Source of the DNA: Rickettsiales bacterium
GTDB taxonomy: Bacteria; Pseudomonadota; Alphaproteobacteria; Rickettsiales; UBA3002
Direction of reading: 5' to 3'
Assembly: GCA_037968615.1 (NCBI GenBank)
Contig: JBBKVX010000009.1
Coordinates: forward strand, 7,641 to 71,640
DNA: 64,000 bases
The position numbers were made by a program, and so were the translations under genes. Positions within the stretch are counted from its first letter, which is position 1. Each line of letters opens with the position of its first letter. Below are positions 18,978-29,128 of the stretch, one piece after another. Below the pieces are notes generated by a model. It was not told the DNA's origin, made no database searches, and saw nothing but the letters and a program-made list of their open reading frames with translations.

Positions 18978-19718
18978 TTAATTCTGGATCTGGAATTCCC
19001 GCACGCGATTGCTGCCGTAGCGCACGAATTCGTACTCGAACGGCGTGCCGGATTCGTAGTAGCGGAAGCTGTTCACGTAGCGCGCATCCAGTGGCTGCAC
19101 GCCATAGACGGCCACTTTATACGAGGTTTCGTCCTCGATATGGTTGGGCACCGCCAACGAGAAGGCGGCGAAATCCACCGCAAGCCCGACCGTGTCCCGT
19201 ACATTGCTCGGGCCGAAGAACGGCAGCACGATGTAGGCGCCCGAGCCTACGCCCCACACGCCAAGTGTCTGCCCGAAATCTTCCGACTGGCGTTGCAGGC
19301 CCATTTCCGTGGCGACGTCGAACGTGCCGAGCAGCCCGACGGTGGTGTTCACCACGAAGCGGCCCAGCGTGGTGCCGGATTTGCCTGCATCGGCTTGCAG
19401 CACCGAGTTGGTGAAGTTCTTGAACTCGCCCACGTTCTCGAAGAAGCGCGACACGCGGCTGCGCAAGAATTGCGGCGTGACGTAGGTGTACGCATCCACC
19501 ACGGGCAGCAGGAAGTAGCGGTCGAGCTGCGCGTTGAACGTGTACAGGCTGCGGTTCATACCCTCCAGCGGGTCGCTCACGGCGAATTGCTGCTCGGCTT
19601 TTTCTTTCTGTTGCAGATCGATGTAGCCACGCACAGGCGTGGTGGTGCCTACATAGGGGTCTTCCGCACAGGCGGTGAGCAGCAGCGCGACGGCGAGCAT
19701 GGGAAGCAGGCGGATCAT
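18978..19718 (-). CDS. mlaA: MlaA/VacJ family outer-membrane lipoprotein
   Basis: Lipobox LLLTAC, then DPLEGMNRSLYTFNAQLDRYFLLPVVDAYTYVTP...VNTTVGLLGTFDVA, which is typical of MlaA. Confidence 0.85.
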   Translation of the reverse strand: MIRLLPMLAVALLLTACAEDPYVGTTTPVRGYIDLQQKEKAEQQFAVSDPLEGMNRSLYTFNAQLDRYFLLPVVDAYTYVTPQFLRSRVSRFFENVGEFKNFTNSVLQADAGKSGTTLGRFVVNTTVGLLGTFDVATEMGLQRQSEDFGQTLGVWGVGSGAYIVLPFFGPSNVRDTVGLAVDFAAFSLAVPNHIEDETSYKVAVYGVQPLDARYVNSFRYYESGTPFEYEFVRYGSNRVREFQIQN

Positions 19719-21055
19719 GGGCGGCCTCCCTCTTTCATAAAGTGCACGATGGCGTAGGCCACGGCCGGGTGCGTCATGTTACCCAGATGCCCGCCATTGC
19801 TGAAAATATGCGCCTGTTCGCCGAACAACGACGCCAGTTTCTCGATGTCGCCGGGGGCGAGGATCACGTCGTCCTGATTGGTGATGAGGCCGAATTTCGG
19901 ATTGTTGCGAATGTATTCGTCGAGGTAGCCGAGCGTATCCTCGTGCGCCAATTGCTCTTTGGTGGAGCCTTGGCGGACGGTCAGCAATTGCTCGTTATAG
20001 AACGCGTCGGCGTAATCTACGAAGCTGGTGCGCAGGGCAATGCCCATCACCGTATCAAGGTGTGTCTGGCTGGTGAATTCCGCATCTTTCGGGAAAATGT
20101 AACCGCGGCGGCTCATCACGTCGCTGGCAAACACCATGTTGGCCGAGGAGAGGCGGAAGCTGAGCCCAATGGTGGTGGCAAAATTATCGGCACTCAGTTT
20201 ATCTTGCTCGTAGGCGTCCAGAAGCAGGCGTTCGTTCTCGAAATCCAGTGCTTCGCCGGATTGGTTTTCCGCACCCAGCCGCGCCATCAGCCGCTCGATA
20301 AAGCGATTCGCGTCGTCGATGCCGTTCGGTAAGTCCACATACAGCATGCGGTCGATCAGGCGGGTGGAGCTGTTCAAATCGTAGGGCGGGTTGATGAGCA
20401 GCACGCGCTCGAAATTCATCGCATGTTCCTGGTCGTCGAGCTTGGCGGTGAAGGCGGCGTCCATCGCGCCGAGGCTGTATCCGGTCAGCATGCGGCTGGT
20501 GATCTCGGCTTCTTTCGACACTTCTTTATCAATTTTCTGCATCACGCGGTAGAGGTCTTTCGCCGATTCGCGCGGGCGCTCACCAAGGAAATCGCTGCTG
20601 GCGTTGATGATGAAATTCTGGTGCGTGGGCGAGGGAAGCAGCACCACATGGAACCCGGCACTGTAGAACATGCGCGCCAGTGCGTGCATTTTAGCACCCT
20701 TATGGTCGCCGCCCGTGCCTGAGATTACATAGATAAGCGGCGCCGGATCGCTTTGCAGCAATTGGCCATAGCGCAGACCGTGCTCGTACCAATAGCCATC
20801 GGGAATATCGCGGTCGGGGAAAATAGTGATTTTCTCTTCGTCCGGTTCCGCGATGCTCGACAGATCCACCTTCTGCTCCGGCGGCATGGTGATGACGGTG
20901 GCGGCGTAGGGGTTCTGGATCGGGTAGTCATAATCCGGCGCATGGTCGGCGAGGATGGTGGCTTCGGGGCTGCGCGGGTCGGGGCTGCAGGCGGCCACGC
21001 CGCACAACAGCAAAAAGAAACCTGCTTTGCAAATGGCGTTCGCGCGATGGTACAT
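19715..21055 (-). CDS. Alpha/beta-hydrolase lipoprotein (serine hydrolase)
   Basis: I chose ATG 21055 (MYHRANAICKAGFFLLLCGVAAC, signal peptide plus lipobox). The track start 21325 would overlap the upstream gene by ~160 nt and read through a terminator. Nucleophile elbow GYSLGA. 4-nt overlap with mlaA. Confidence 0.7.
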   Translation of the reverse strand: MYHRANAICKAGFFLLLCGVAACSPDPRSPEATILADHAPDYDYPIQNPYAATVITMPPEQKVDLSSIAEPDEEKITIFPDRDIPDGYWYEHGLRYGQLLQSDPAPLIYVISGTGGDHKGAKMHALARMFYSAGFHVVLLPSPTHQNFIINASSDFLGERPRESAKDLYRVMQKIDKEVSKEAEITSRMLTGYSLGAMDAAFTAKLDDQEHAMNFERVLLINPPYDLNSSTRLIDRMLYVDLPNGIDDANRFIERLMARLGAENQSGEALDFENERLLLDAYEQDKLSADNFATTIGLSFRLSSANMVFASDVMSRRGYIFPKDAEFTSQTHLDTVMGIALRTSFVDYADAFYNEQLLTVRQGSTKEQLAHEDTLGYLDEYIRNNPKFGLITNQDDVILAPGDIEKLASLFGEQAHIFSNGGHLGNMTHPAVAYAIVHFMKEGGRP

Positions 21056-21075
21056 AGTTCCCCAGACAAAAAGAC

Positions 21076-21092
21076 GGCCCCGGTGTGGGGCC
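21076..21092 (-). terminator. Rho-independent terminator after the RND operon
   Basis: On the minus strand: GGCCCC-acacc-GGGGCC followed by gtcttttt, 73 nt downstream of the OMF stop at 21165. Confidence 0.6.
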
Positions 21093-21164
21093 TCGGTAAA
21101 AAAGCATCTTACGCTATAAGCGCATAAATAGATCGTATGTTCGTTCGCATTTGCGAAAGAAAAA

Positions 21165-22715
21165 TTAACGACGCGGGCGCGGCGTTGGTTTGCCGAACGG
21201 CACGACTGCAGGTTTTTCCTCGGCTTTCGGGGCTTCGATGCTCTCCGGTGCTTTGGAAATTTCCGGTGCGGGGGCAGGCACTTCAGCCTCCGCCGGGGCA
21301 GTAGTCGGCGCGTCTTCCGGCACATTCCAGCCGCCGCCGATGGCTTTTTGCAGCGTCACCACGGCGCTCAGGCGCTCCTGCATGGCGCTGATCTGGTTAA
21401 GCTGTGCCTGGAACAATTGGCGTTGCGCGTCCAATTGGTCGAGCTGGGTGGCGTAGCCCGCATCGTAGCGCAGACCCGCCACGCGGAAGGTTTCTTCGTT
21501 AGCCTTCACCTTGCGCGTTTGCGCATCGAGTTGCGCTTGTGTGGTTTCCAAGCGGTTCAGCGCGTTGCTGACATCGGCAAAGGCAAGACGCACCACTTGC
21601 TGGTAATTCACCAGCGCCTGTTCGGTGCGTGCTTTGGCGGCGTCGACATTGCCGCCGGTGCGGCCAAAATCGAGCACGGGCAGCACGCTCGTCGCGCCCG
21701 CATCCCACGCGCGGGCGGAGCCTTTCATGAGATTGTCGATGTCGGCGCTGGCCAGCCCGAGCAACGCCGAGAGCGACAGGTTCGGGTAATAATCCGCAAT
21801 CGCTACGCCGATCTGCGCGTTGGCGGCAACCAACTGCTGCTCGGCGGCGGCAATGTCTGGGCGGCGCTGCAACAACGTCGAGGGCGCATTGGCAGGCAGC
21901 GTCGGCGGAACTGGCAGGTTGGCGATATGTTCCTGTTTCGCCAGCGGCGCTTCCACGATGGCTTTCGGCGAGCGGCCAAGTAGCACCGACAGTGCGTTCT
22001 GTTGCTCCACGCGCGCCTGTTCCAGCATCGGCAATGTGGCCTCGGCGGCGGCCAGTTCGGCCTCGGCGCGGCGGAAGCTCAGCACATCGATGGCCCCGGC
22101 GTCGTATTGTTTCTTCTGGTAGTCGAACCCGTTCTGCCGCGAGGTGATGGTGTCGCGCGTGATGGCGAGTTGGCTGTCGAGCGCGCGCAGGTTGAAGTAG
22201 TTGGTGGCGATGTCGCTGGCCACGGCGAGGCGTACCGCGTCGCGGTTGGCCTTCTCGGACAGCAGTTGCGCCTGCGCCGATTCCGAACCGCGGCGCAGTT
22301 TGCCCCACAGATCGATCTCGTAATCCAGCACCGCGGCGACACTGAAATCATTGTAGGGTTTGCTGCCCCCGAACGCACCTTGGCGCGATTGGTCGCTCGG
22401 CCCCGTGCGGCGGGCACCGGCTTGCGCCGACAGGGTCGGGTAGAGGTCGGCGTCCGTAAGCCGCAGGATGGCGCGGGCTTCCGCCACACGCGCAGCGGCC
22501 AGCGCAATATCGGCGTTGGCGGTGAGGCCTTCTTCTTCCAGCGCGTTCAGCGCCGGATCGTTGAAATCTTCCCACCATTTAGTGGTTGCCATTTCGCCCT
22601 CACTGGGCGCTTTGTCCGTCCAGCTGCTGGGCAGTTCGAAACTGGGCATCGCATAATCGGGGCCGACCATGCAGGCGCTGAGCAGCAATGAGGCGAGGAG
22701 GGAAAGCTTACGCAT
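21165..22715 (-). CDS. Efflux transporter outer-membrane factor lipoprotein (NodT family) with Pro/Ala/Glu-rich C-terminal tail
   Basis: Start at ATG 22715 ([15 protein letters not shown], lipobox), overlapping the RND stop by 8 nt. OMF repeats are present. The last ~50 aa read [51 protein letters not shown]. Confidence 0.85.
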   Translation of the reverse strand: MRKLSLLASLLLSACMVGPDYAMPSFELPSSWTDKAPSEGEMATTKWWEDFNDPALNALEEEGLTANADIALAAARVAEARAILRLTDADLYPTLSAQAGARRTGPSDQSRQGAFGGSKPYNDFSVAAVLDYEIDLWGKLRRGSESAQAQLLSEKANRDAVRLAVASDIATNYFNLRALDSQLAITRDTITSRQNGFDYQKKQYDAGAIDVLSFRRAEAELAAAEATLPMLEQARVEQQNALSVLLGRSPKAIVEAPLAKQEHIANLPVPPTLPANAPSTLLQRRPDIAAAEQQLVAANAQIGVAIADYYPNLSLSALLGLASADIDNLMKGSARAWDAGATSVLPVLDFGRTGGNVDAAKARTEQALVNYQQVVRLAFADVSNALNRLETTQAQLDAQTRKVKANEETFRVAGLRYDAGYATQLDQLDAQRQLFQAQLNQISAMQERLSAVVTLQKAIGGGWNVPEDAPTTAPAEAEVPAPAPEISKAPESIEAPKAEEKPAVVPFGKPTPRPRR

Positions 22716-25700
22716 GCGGCGGCTCCCGATGGATGGGTTTTTTGCCACGGTTCTTGGCGCGCTCCGCCAGATCGGTGATGAGCAGGTAGAAGGCAGGAAT
22801 GAAGAACGTTGCCAGCACCGTCGCGGCCAACATGCCGCCGATGACGCCAGTACCAATGGCGTGGCGGCTCGCCGCCCCAGCACCGGAGCTAATGGCCAGC
22901 GGCACGCAACCCAGAATGAACGCCAGCGAGGTCATCACGATCGGGCGGAAACGCAGCTGCGCTGCTTCAATCGCCGCCTCCTTGATGGATTTGCCTTTCT
23001 GCCGCTGCAGCACCGCGAACTCCACGATGAGAATCGCGTTCTTGGCCGACAGCGCCACCAGCGTCAGCAGCCCCACCTGGAAATACACATCGTTGTTAAG
23101 TCCGCGCGCCCAAGTGAACAGCAGCGCCCCAAAAATACCGAACGGCACAGCCGTCAGCACGGCCAGCGGCAAGCTCCAACGTTCGTATTGCGCGGCCAGA
23201 ATGAGGAACACCATGATCAACCCAAACAGCATCGCGCTGGTGCCTGCACCGCCCGCGGCTTTCTCCTGATAGGCCTGCCCGGCCCACGCCAAGCTGTAGC
23301 TTGCGCCGAGTTCGCTTGCGGCCAATTCTTCCATCGCCTGAAGCGCCTGTCCCGACGAATATCCCGGTGCCGGGCCACCCAGAATTTTGGCGGCTGGGTA
23401 GATGTTGAAGCGGTCGACCAGATCGGGCCCAAGAATGCGCGTGGCCGTGACCAGTGACGAAAGCGGAATCATGCTGCCGTCATTGGCGCGCACATAGACT
23501 TGTTTCAAATCTTCCGGCTTCTCGCGGAACTCCGCTTCCGACGAAAGACTGACGCGGAAGATGCGGCCCGAATAGGTGAAGTCGTTCACGTAATAACTGC
23601 CGAACGTGCTCTGCATCGCGGCGAACACCGAGGTGATCGGCACGCCCAACGCCTTGGCCTTGGCGCGGTCGAGGTCGATGTAATATTGCGGTACGTTGGC
23701 GGCGATGGTGGTTTGCACGCCCGCCAGTTCCGGGCGTTTGGCGGCGGCGGCCACCAGTTTCGCGGCGGTCTCAGCGATCTTCTTCACCGACGCGCCTTCG
23801 CGGTTCTGCAGATAGCCCTCGAACCCACCGGTAAGGCTGATGCCGGTGATGGGCGGCGGGCTGAACGACAGCACCATGGCGTCCTTCATGTTGGCGCCTG
23901 CGGCCATCACCTTGCCGGTGAAACTATCGGCGCTGTGTTCCTTGCCTTTGCGTTTGCTCCAATCCTTGAGCACCACGAACGATGCCCCGGCATTGGTGCG
24001 TTGCGCCCCGGCCAGCAGATCGAAGCCCGCGAACATGGTCACGTGTTCGGCGTCTTCCTCTTTTACCAACCGTTTCGACAGCTCGGCCGTGACCGCTTTC
24101 GTGCGGTCGAGCGACGCGCCCGGCAGCAGAATCGGCACTGCCAGCACATAGCCTTGGTCTTCCTGCGGCACCAGCGAGCTGGGCACGCGGTTATAAAGCA
24201 GCACGGTAATCACCAGCAGCCCGGCGAACAGGAACAGCGCCACGCCCATGCGGCGGATAAAGAACTTCACCCCGCGCATGTAGCCGTTGGTGATGCGGTC
24301 GAACCGTTCGTTGAACCAGGCAAAGAAGCGGTTCTCTTTGCTGTGGTCGTGGTCTTTGAGGAACAGAGCGCACAGGGCAGGCGACAGCGTCAGCGCCACG
24401 ATGCCCGAGATGATGACGGAGATGGCGATGGTGATGGCGAACTGGCGGTACATCTCGCCGGTCATGCCACCCATGAAGCCCACCGGCACGAACACCGCGC
24501 ACAGCACCAGCACGATGGCGACGATGGGGCCGGTCACCTCATTCATTGCCTTGATGGCGGCTTCCTTGGCCTTTAGCCCTTCGGTGCGCATGATGCGCTC
24601 CACGTTCTCGATCACCACGATGGCGTCATCCACCACGATGCCGATGGCCAGCACCATGCCGAACAGCGTCAGCAGGTTAATGGAGAATCCGAGCATGTAC
24701 ATGCCCGCGAACGTGCCCACCAGCGACACCGGAACCGCCAGCAGCGGAATGATGGTGGCGCGCACATTCTGCAGGAACAGGAACACCACCAGCACCACCA
24801 GCACCAATGCTTCGGCGAAGGTTTTGATCACTTCATGAATGGAGACCTGAACGAATTTCGTCGTGTCGAACGGCACGTTGTAGGCGATGCCATCAGGGAA
24901 GCGTTTCGACAAACGCTCCATGGTCGCGTTCACTTGTTTGGTCACGTCGAGCGCGTTGGCGCCCGGCTGCTGGCTCACCCGAATAATGGCGGCGGGTTTC
25001 TCGTTGTACAGGCCGACGAAGCCGTAATCTTGCGCGCCCAGTTCCACGCGCGCTACGTCTTTCAGGCGTAGTGTTGCGCCGCTTTTGTCGGCCAGAAGAA
25101 TGATCTCTTCGAATTCTTTCGGGTCGACCATCCGTCCGCGCGTGGTGGCGGTAAAAGTGAAGGCCTGAGGGTTGGCCATCGGCTCCTGCCCAAACTGTCC
25201 GGCAGCGAATTGCGAGTTCTGTTCGCGTACGGCATCGGCCACATCGGCGGGCGTCAGTTTATATTGCGCCAGTTTGTCGGGGCGCAACCAGATGCGCATC
25301 GAATAATCCATGGTGCCGATCAGCGACGCATCGCCCACGCCCGGCACGCGGCGCACTTCGTCCAGCACGTTCAGCAGCGCGTAGTTGCTCACGAACACTG
25401 GGTCGTAGCGCCCGTTCGGTGAATACATCACGATGGCTTCCAGAATCGCGCCGGAGCGTTTGCTCACGTTCACGCCCTGGCGGCGCACTTCTTCCGGCAT
25501 GCGCGCGAGGGCGGCCTGCACGCGGTTGTTCACGTCGATGGTGGCCTGATCGGGGTCGGTGCCGATATCAAAGGTCACGGTCAGGTTCATGCTGCCCGAG
25601 TTGGCGCTGGACGAGCGCATATAGATCATGTTCGGCACGCCGTTGATCTGTTGCTCCAGCGGTGCGGCCACGGTGTTGGCGATCACCTCGGCCGAAGCGC

Positions 25701-25854
25701 CCGGATAGCTGGTGGACACCGAAACATCCGGCGGAATAATTTCAGGATACTGCGCCACCGGCAGCGTACGCAGCGCCAGCAGGCCGCCGATCACAATGAT
25801 GATGGAGATGACCGCAGAGAAGACCGGACGTTCGATGAAGAACTTTGAGAACAT
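22708..25854 (-). CDS. RND efflux permease (HAE1, AcrB/MexB-like)
   Basis: 1048 aa starting [24 protein letters not shown]..., with a 12-TM architecture and two large periplasmic loops. Confidence 0.95.
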   Translation of the reverse strand: MFSKFFIERPVFSAVISIIIVIGGLLALRTLPVAQYPEIIPPDVSVSTSYPGASAEVIANTVAAPLEQQINGVPNMIYMRSSSANSGSMNLTVTFDIGTDPDQATIDVNNRVQAALARMPEEVRRQGVNVSKRSGAILEAIVMYSPNGRYDPVFVSNYALLNVLDEVRRVPGVGDASLIGTMDYSMRIWLRPDKLAQYKLTPADVADAVREQNSQFAAGQFGQEPMANPQAFTFTATTRGRMVDPKEFEEIILLADKSGATLRLKDVARVELGAQDYGFVGLYNEKPAAIIRVSQQPGANALDVTKQVNATMERLSKRFPDGIAYNVPFDTTKFVQVSIHEVIKTFAEALVLVVLVVFLFLQNVRATIIPLLAVPVSLVGTFAGMYMLGFSINLLTLFGMVLAIGIVVDDAIVVIENVERIMRTEGLKAKEAAIKAMNEVTGPIVAIVLVLCAVFVPVGFMGGMTGEMYRQFAITIAISVIISGIVALTLSPALCALFLKDHDHSKENRFFAWFNERFDRITNGYMRGVKFFIRRMGVALFLFAGLLVITVLLYNRVPSSLVPQEDQGYVLAVPILLPGASLDRTKAVTAELSKRLVKEEDAEHVTMFAGFDLLAGAQRTNAGASFVVLKDWSKRKGKEHSADSFTGKVMAAGANMKDAMVLSFSPPPITGISLTGGFEGYLQNREGASVKKIAETAAKLVAAAAKRPELAGVQTTIAANVPQYYIDLDRAKAKALGVPITSVFAAMQSTFGSYYVNDFTYSGRIFRVSLSSEAEFREKPEDLKQVYVRANDGSMIPLSSLVTATRILGPDLVDRFNIYPAAKILGGPAPGYSSGQALQAMEELAASELGASYSLAWAGQAYQEKAAGGAGTSAMLFGLIMVFLILAAQYERWSLPLAVLTAVPFGIFGALLFTWARGLNNDVYFQVGLLTLVALSAKNAILIVEFAVLQRQKGKSIKEAAIEAAQLRFRPIVMTSLAFILGCVPLAISSGAGAASRHAIGTGVIGGMLAATVLATFFIPAFYLLITDLAERAKNRGKKPIHREPPHA

Positions 25855-25857
25855 GCG

Positions 25858-27072
25858 CTATTCCTTCGCCTTGGCGGCGGGGGCAGGGGCTGCGGGGGCT
25901 TCGTCCTTGGGTTGCTTCTTAGCGGCGTTGGCTGGATTGCAGGGCGAATCTTCCGTGCCGGTATCGATGCAAACGGGCGCATCCGGGCGCGCTTTGATCA
26001 TGCCTTCGGTGATGACCTTATCACCTTCTTTCAGACCTTTGGTGATGAGTTGGTTGCCGTTGTTCAGCAGCCCCAGTTCCACCACGGTGATCGCTGCCTT
26101 GTTCTCCGGCGTTACAGTATACACGAAGGTGCCCATCGGCCCCTGCATGATGGCGCGTTCGGGGATGCCGATGGCGTCGACTTTCGTCATGCCTTTCACT
26201 TTCACGCGCACGAACTGACCGGGCATGATGCTCTGGTTTTTGTTCGGTACGATCGCGCGGGCGCTCACGGTGCCGGTATCCGGGCTAATGATGCTGTCGG
26301 TGAATTTGATGGTGCCTTGTTGCGCGTAGCTTTCGCCATTGTTCGAAATGATTTCAACATGCAGCGTTTTGTCAGCGGGCAGGGTAATCGAGCCATTGGC
26401 CACGCCTTGGCGCTGCATCATTGCTTCGCTGTCGGGGTAGGCGAATTCCACATACATCGGGTCAAGCTGCGTCACGCGTGTCAGCACGGTCATGTCGGCG
26501 GTCACCAGCGAACCTTCGGAGTTGTTCTCGCGGCTGGTGTAGCCGCTGATGGGCGCGCGCACGGTGGTGTAGGCGAGATTGATTTTGGCGGTATCGAGCT
26601 GCGCTTTGGCCGCGCCATAGAAGGCTTCCGATTGTTCGAACTCACGCGCGCTCAATGCTTTCTGGCGTTTCAGCGTCACGGCGCGGCGGTAGTCACGGTC
26701 GGTTTGGCTGAAGCTGGCTTTGGCTTCGGCGAGGGCGGCTTCGTAGGGGGCGGGGTCGATCTGGAACAACAAATCGCCGCGTTTCACGAACTTGCCTTCG
26801 GTGTAGGCGCGCCTCAGCAAAATGCCGCCGACGCGGGCGCGAATTTCCACTTCGCGCGAACCGGCAAGGCGTGCGGGATAATCAAATACCAGTGGAATGT
26901 CCTTCACTTCGATTTCTTGCACCGTCACGGCTGGGGGCGGCGGTGTATATGCTTGAGGTTCTTCACCACCGAAGATCAATCGGTACGCGACGTAAAGAAT
27001 CGCCAGCAATACGGCCAGAACGATCATGTTGCGCAGCACCGGCGAGCGGCGGGAACGGGTAGGATACACCAT
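25858..27072 (-). CDS. RND periplasmic adaptor (membrane fusion protein, AcrA-like)
   Basis: HlyD/MFP architecture. I prefer ATG 27072 (MVYPTRSRR..., TM anchor IVLAVLLAILYV), because the track start 27117 would lie inside the palindromic operator at 27114..27131. Confidence 0.85.
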   Translation of the reverse strand: MVYPTRSRRSPVLRNMIVLAVLLAILYVAYRLIFGGEEPQAYTPPPPAVTVQEIEVKDIPLVFDYPARLAGSREVEIRARVGGILLRRAYTEGKFVKRGDLLFQIDPAPYEAALAEAKASFSQTDRDYRRAVTLKRQKALSAREFEQSEAFYGAAKAQLDTAKINLAYTTVRAPISGYTSRENNSEGSLVTADMTVLTRVTQLDPMYVEFAYPDSEAMMQRQGVANGSITLPADKTLHVEIISNNGESYAQQGTIKFTDSIISPDTGTVSARAIVPNKNQSIMPGQFVRVKVKGMTKVDAIGIPERAIMQGPMGTFVYTVTPENKAAITVVELGLLNNGNQLITKGLKEGDKVITEGMIKARPDAPVCIDTGTEDSPCNPANAAKKQPKDEAPAAPAPAAKAKE

Positions 27073-27113
27073 ACAAATTGCTCTTTTTTGGCTATTTTTG
27101 TTAATGACTTTAT

Positions 27114-27131
27114 ACATACATTCATGTATGT
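27114..27131. promoter_or_regulatory. Perfect 8-bp inverted repeat, candidate TetR-family operator
   Basis: ACATACAT-tc-ATGTATGT in the AT-rich divergent intergenic region between the MFP gene and the TetR gene. Confidence 0.55.
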
Positions 27132-27179
27132 TGGCAATAGAAGTTTCGGCAACGCAACATTAAATAAAAGCAATAATTC

Positions 27180-27791
27180 ATGGTCAGACGTACCAAAGAG
27201 GACGCAGAAAAAACACGCACATCGTTGCTGGATGCAGCAGAGATCGTGTTCTTGCGCCGGGGCGTGGCCAATTCGTCGTTGCAGGAAATCGCCAAAGAAG
27301 CGGGCCTTACCCGTGGGGCGGTTTATTGGCATTTCGAAAATAAATTAGCCATATTCCAAGCCATGCACCGCCGGGTGAAAGAACCCATGGACATGCTGTT
27401 CGCCGAGCTTACCGGCGGCGACGACCCGCTCACCGGCCTAAAAACCATGTGCATCCACGTCTTCAAAACCCTCGGCACTGACGCGCATACGCGCAACGTG
27501 TTCACCATCATGCGCCTGCGCAGTGGCGAGTACCATTGCGACGACAGCGAATACGGCCACGAGATATGCAACAAGCGGCAGGAAGTGCACGCTAAGTTTC
27601 TGCACGTCTTCACCCAAATTGCTCAGCAGCATGCATTCGCCGAGGGCGTGACGCCTGATTTCGCCGCCACCGCCATGCATGGTTTCATCTCCGGCGTGTT
27701 CTGGGATTATTTGAGTGACCCCGAGAACTATCCCATCGAGACGTTAGCCACGCCGCTGGTGGAAACGTTCTTCCGCGGCCTTATTCGCTAG
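27180..27791 (+). CDS. TetR/AcrR family transcriptional repressor
   Basis: N-terminal HTH: KTRTSLLDAAEIVFLRRGVANSSLQEIAKEAGLTRGAVYWHFENK. Divergent from the RND operon. Confidence 0.9.
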   Translation: MVRRTKEDAEKTRTSLLDAAEIVFLRRGVANSSLQEIAKEAGLTRGAVYWHFENKLAIFQAMHRRVKEPMDMLFAELTGGDDPLTGLKTMCIHVFKTLGTDAHTRNVFTIMRLRSGEYHCDDSEYGHEICNKRQEVHAKFLHVFTQIAQQHAFAEGVTPDFAATAMHGFISGVFWDYLSDPENYPIETLATPLVETFFRGLIR

Positions 27792-29124
27792 CGACCGGCC
27801 CGCCCAGCGCGCGCATCAGGTCGATGGCGGCGGCCAACTGGTCCTGCCGCGCACTTAGATACCCATCCTCCGCTTGCAGTAATGCGGCCTGCGTATTCAG
27901 TAGCGTCGTGAAATCAATGGAGCCTGCATCGAATTGTGCGCGGCCGATATCGTCGGCCTTGCGCGCTTCCTCCGAAGCATTGGCAAGACTGTCACGCCGC
28001 GCCGTCGCTGCCTCGTAATTGCTCAGCGCATCCTCCACTTCGCGGAACGCCACCAGCAGCACACCTTCGTAGGCCGCCACCTGTTCGTCACGCGCCGCTT
28101 CGCTGCGATCGATCTCGCCTTGCAACGTCCCACCTTGGAAAATCGGCGCGAAGAACGACGCCGCCAAACCCACCAGCGTGCCCGACGGATTGCCCACCAC
28201 CCCCGCGTTCAACCCCAGCGAAAGGCTGGGCAATGCGTTGGCCCGCGCCACGCCGATATCGATGTTCGCCGCGCGCAGCCGCGCTTCCGCCGCTGCAATG
28301 TCGGGGCGGCGTTCCAGCAGCGCCCACGGGCTGGTCACCGCCACCTTCGGTACAGCGAGCTGCTCCAAGGTGCTGCCCGTCGCCAGTTGCAATTGCGCGG
28401 GCGTGGTGCCTACCACCAGCGCCAGCTGGTTAAAGAACAGCGCGCGTTGGTTCTTGATGCTGGCAATCGCCGCTTCCGTATTCGCCACCGAGGTGCGTTG
28501 CTGCGCCCGCTCCAGCCCCGAGATCGCGCCTTCTTGATGCCGCAGTTCCGTAATGCGCAGCACGTCGCGCGCGTTGGCGAGGTTCTTCTCCGCCACGATC
28601 ACGCGCGCATCGCCCGCCATCACCCCACTATAAAGCCGCGCCACTTCCGACGACACCAGCAACGCCAGCGCGTCGCGGTCGGTGCGCGTGGCGCGCAATT
28701 GCCACAACGCGCTGTCGAGCTGGTTGCGGTTGCGCTGCCACAGGTCGAGTTCGTAGGCCACCGAAAGCGTGGCGCTGCTGCTGTTGTCGGTGCGGCGAAT
28801 GCCACCGCTGTCGCTGCGCTGCCGCCCCGCCGAGCCGGAAGCATCCACCTGCGGATACAACCCCGAACCCGCAATGTCGGCGCTGGCCCGCGCCTGCTCG
28901 ATGCGCGCGAGCGCCACCGAGAGATCGGTGTTGTTAGCAAGCGCCGTGGCGATGAGCTGCTCCAGCTCCGCACTGCCGAAATCGCTCCATTGCGCGGTGG
29001 CATCCATTTCTGTCGTCGCGCTGCCGCGCCAGTTCTCCGGCACGCGCTCGGTCGGCACCACCGCGTCGGGCGCCAACGAGCACGCGGCAAGGAAAAGAAC
29101 GGGAAGGATGAGGGTTGTTTTCAT
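27781..29124 (-). CDS. Efflux outer-membrane factor lipoprotein (NodT family), last gene of the MacAB operon
   Basis: Lipobox LFLAAC and OMF repeats. The stop overlaps the end of the convergent TetR gene by 11 nt. Confidence 0.85.
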   Translation of the reverse strand: MKTTLILPVLFLAACSLAPDAVVPTERVPENWRGSATTEMDATAQWSDFGSAELEQLIATALANNTDLSVALARIEQARASADIAGSGLYPQVDASGSAGRQRSDSGGIRRTDNSSSATLSVAYELDLWQRNRNQLDSALWQLRATRTDRDALALLVSSEVARLYSGVMAGDARVIVAEKNLANARDVLRITELRHQEGAISGLERAQQRTSVANTEAAIASIKNQRALFFNQLALVVGTTPAQLQLATGSTLEQLAVPKVAVTSPWALLERRPDIAAAEARLRAANIDIGVARANALPSLSLGLNAGVVGNPSGTLVGLAASFFAPIFQGGTLQGEIDRSEAARDEQVAAYEGVLLVAFREVEDALSNYEAATARRDSLANASEEARKADDIGRAQFDAGSIDFTTLLNTQAALLQAEDGYLSARQDQLAAAIDLMRALGGPVASE

Positions 29125-29128
29125 GAAG

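Noticed and set aside
19715-21325. N-terminally extended track ORFs (19715..21325, 21165..22883, 36605..38242, 44078..48658, 9550..11310, 31060..32352, 59834..60355)
   Set aside because: The extensions are Arg/Pro/His-rich, overlap the upstream gene or a terminator, and precede an internal ATG. That ATG gives a proper signal peptide or lipobox, or a family-typical N-terminus, often with a 1-4 nt coupling overlap. I therefore used the shorter starts.
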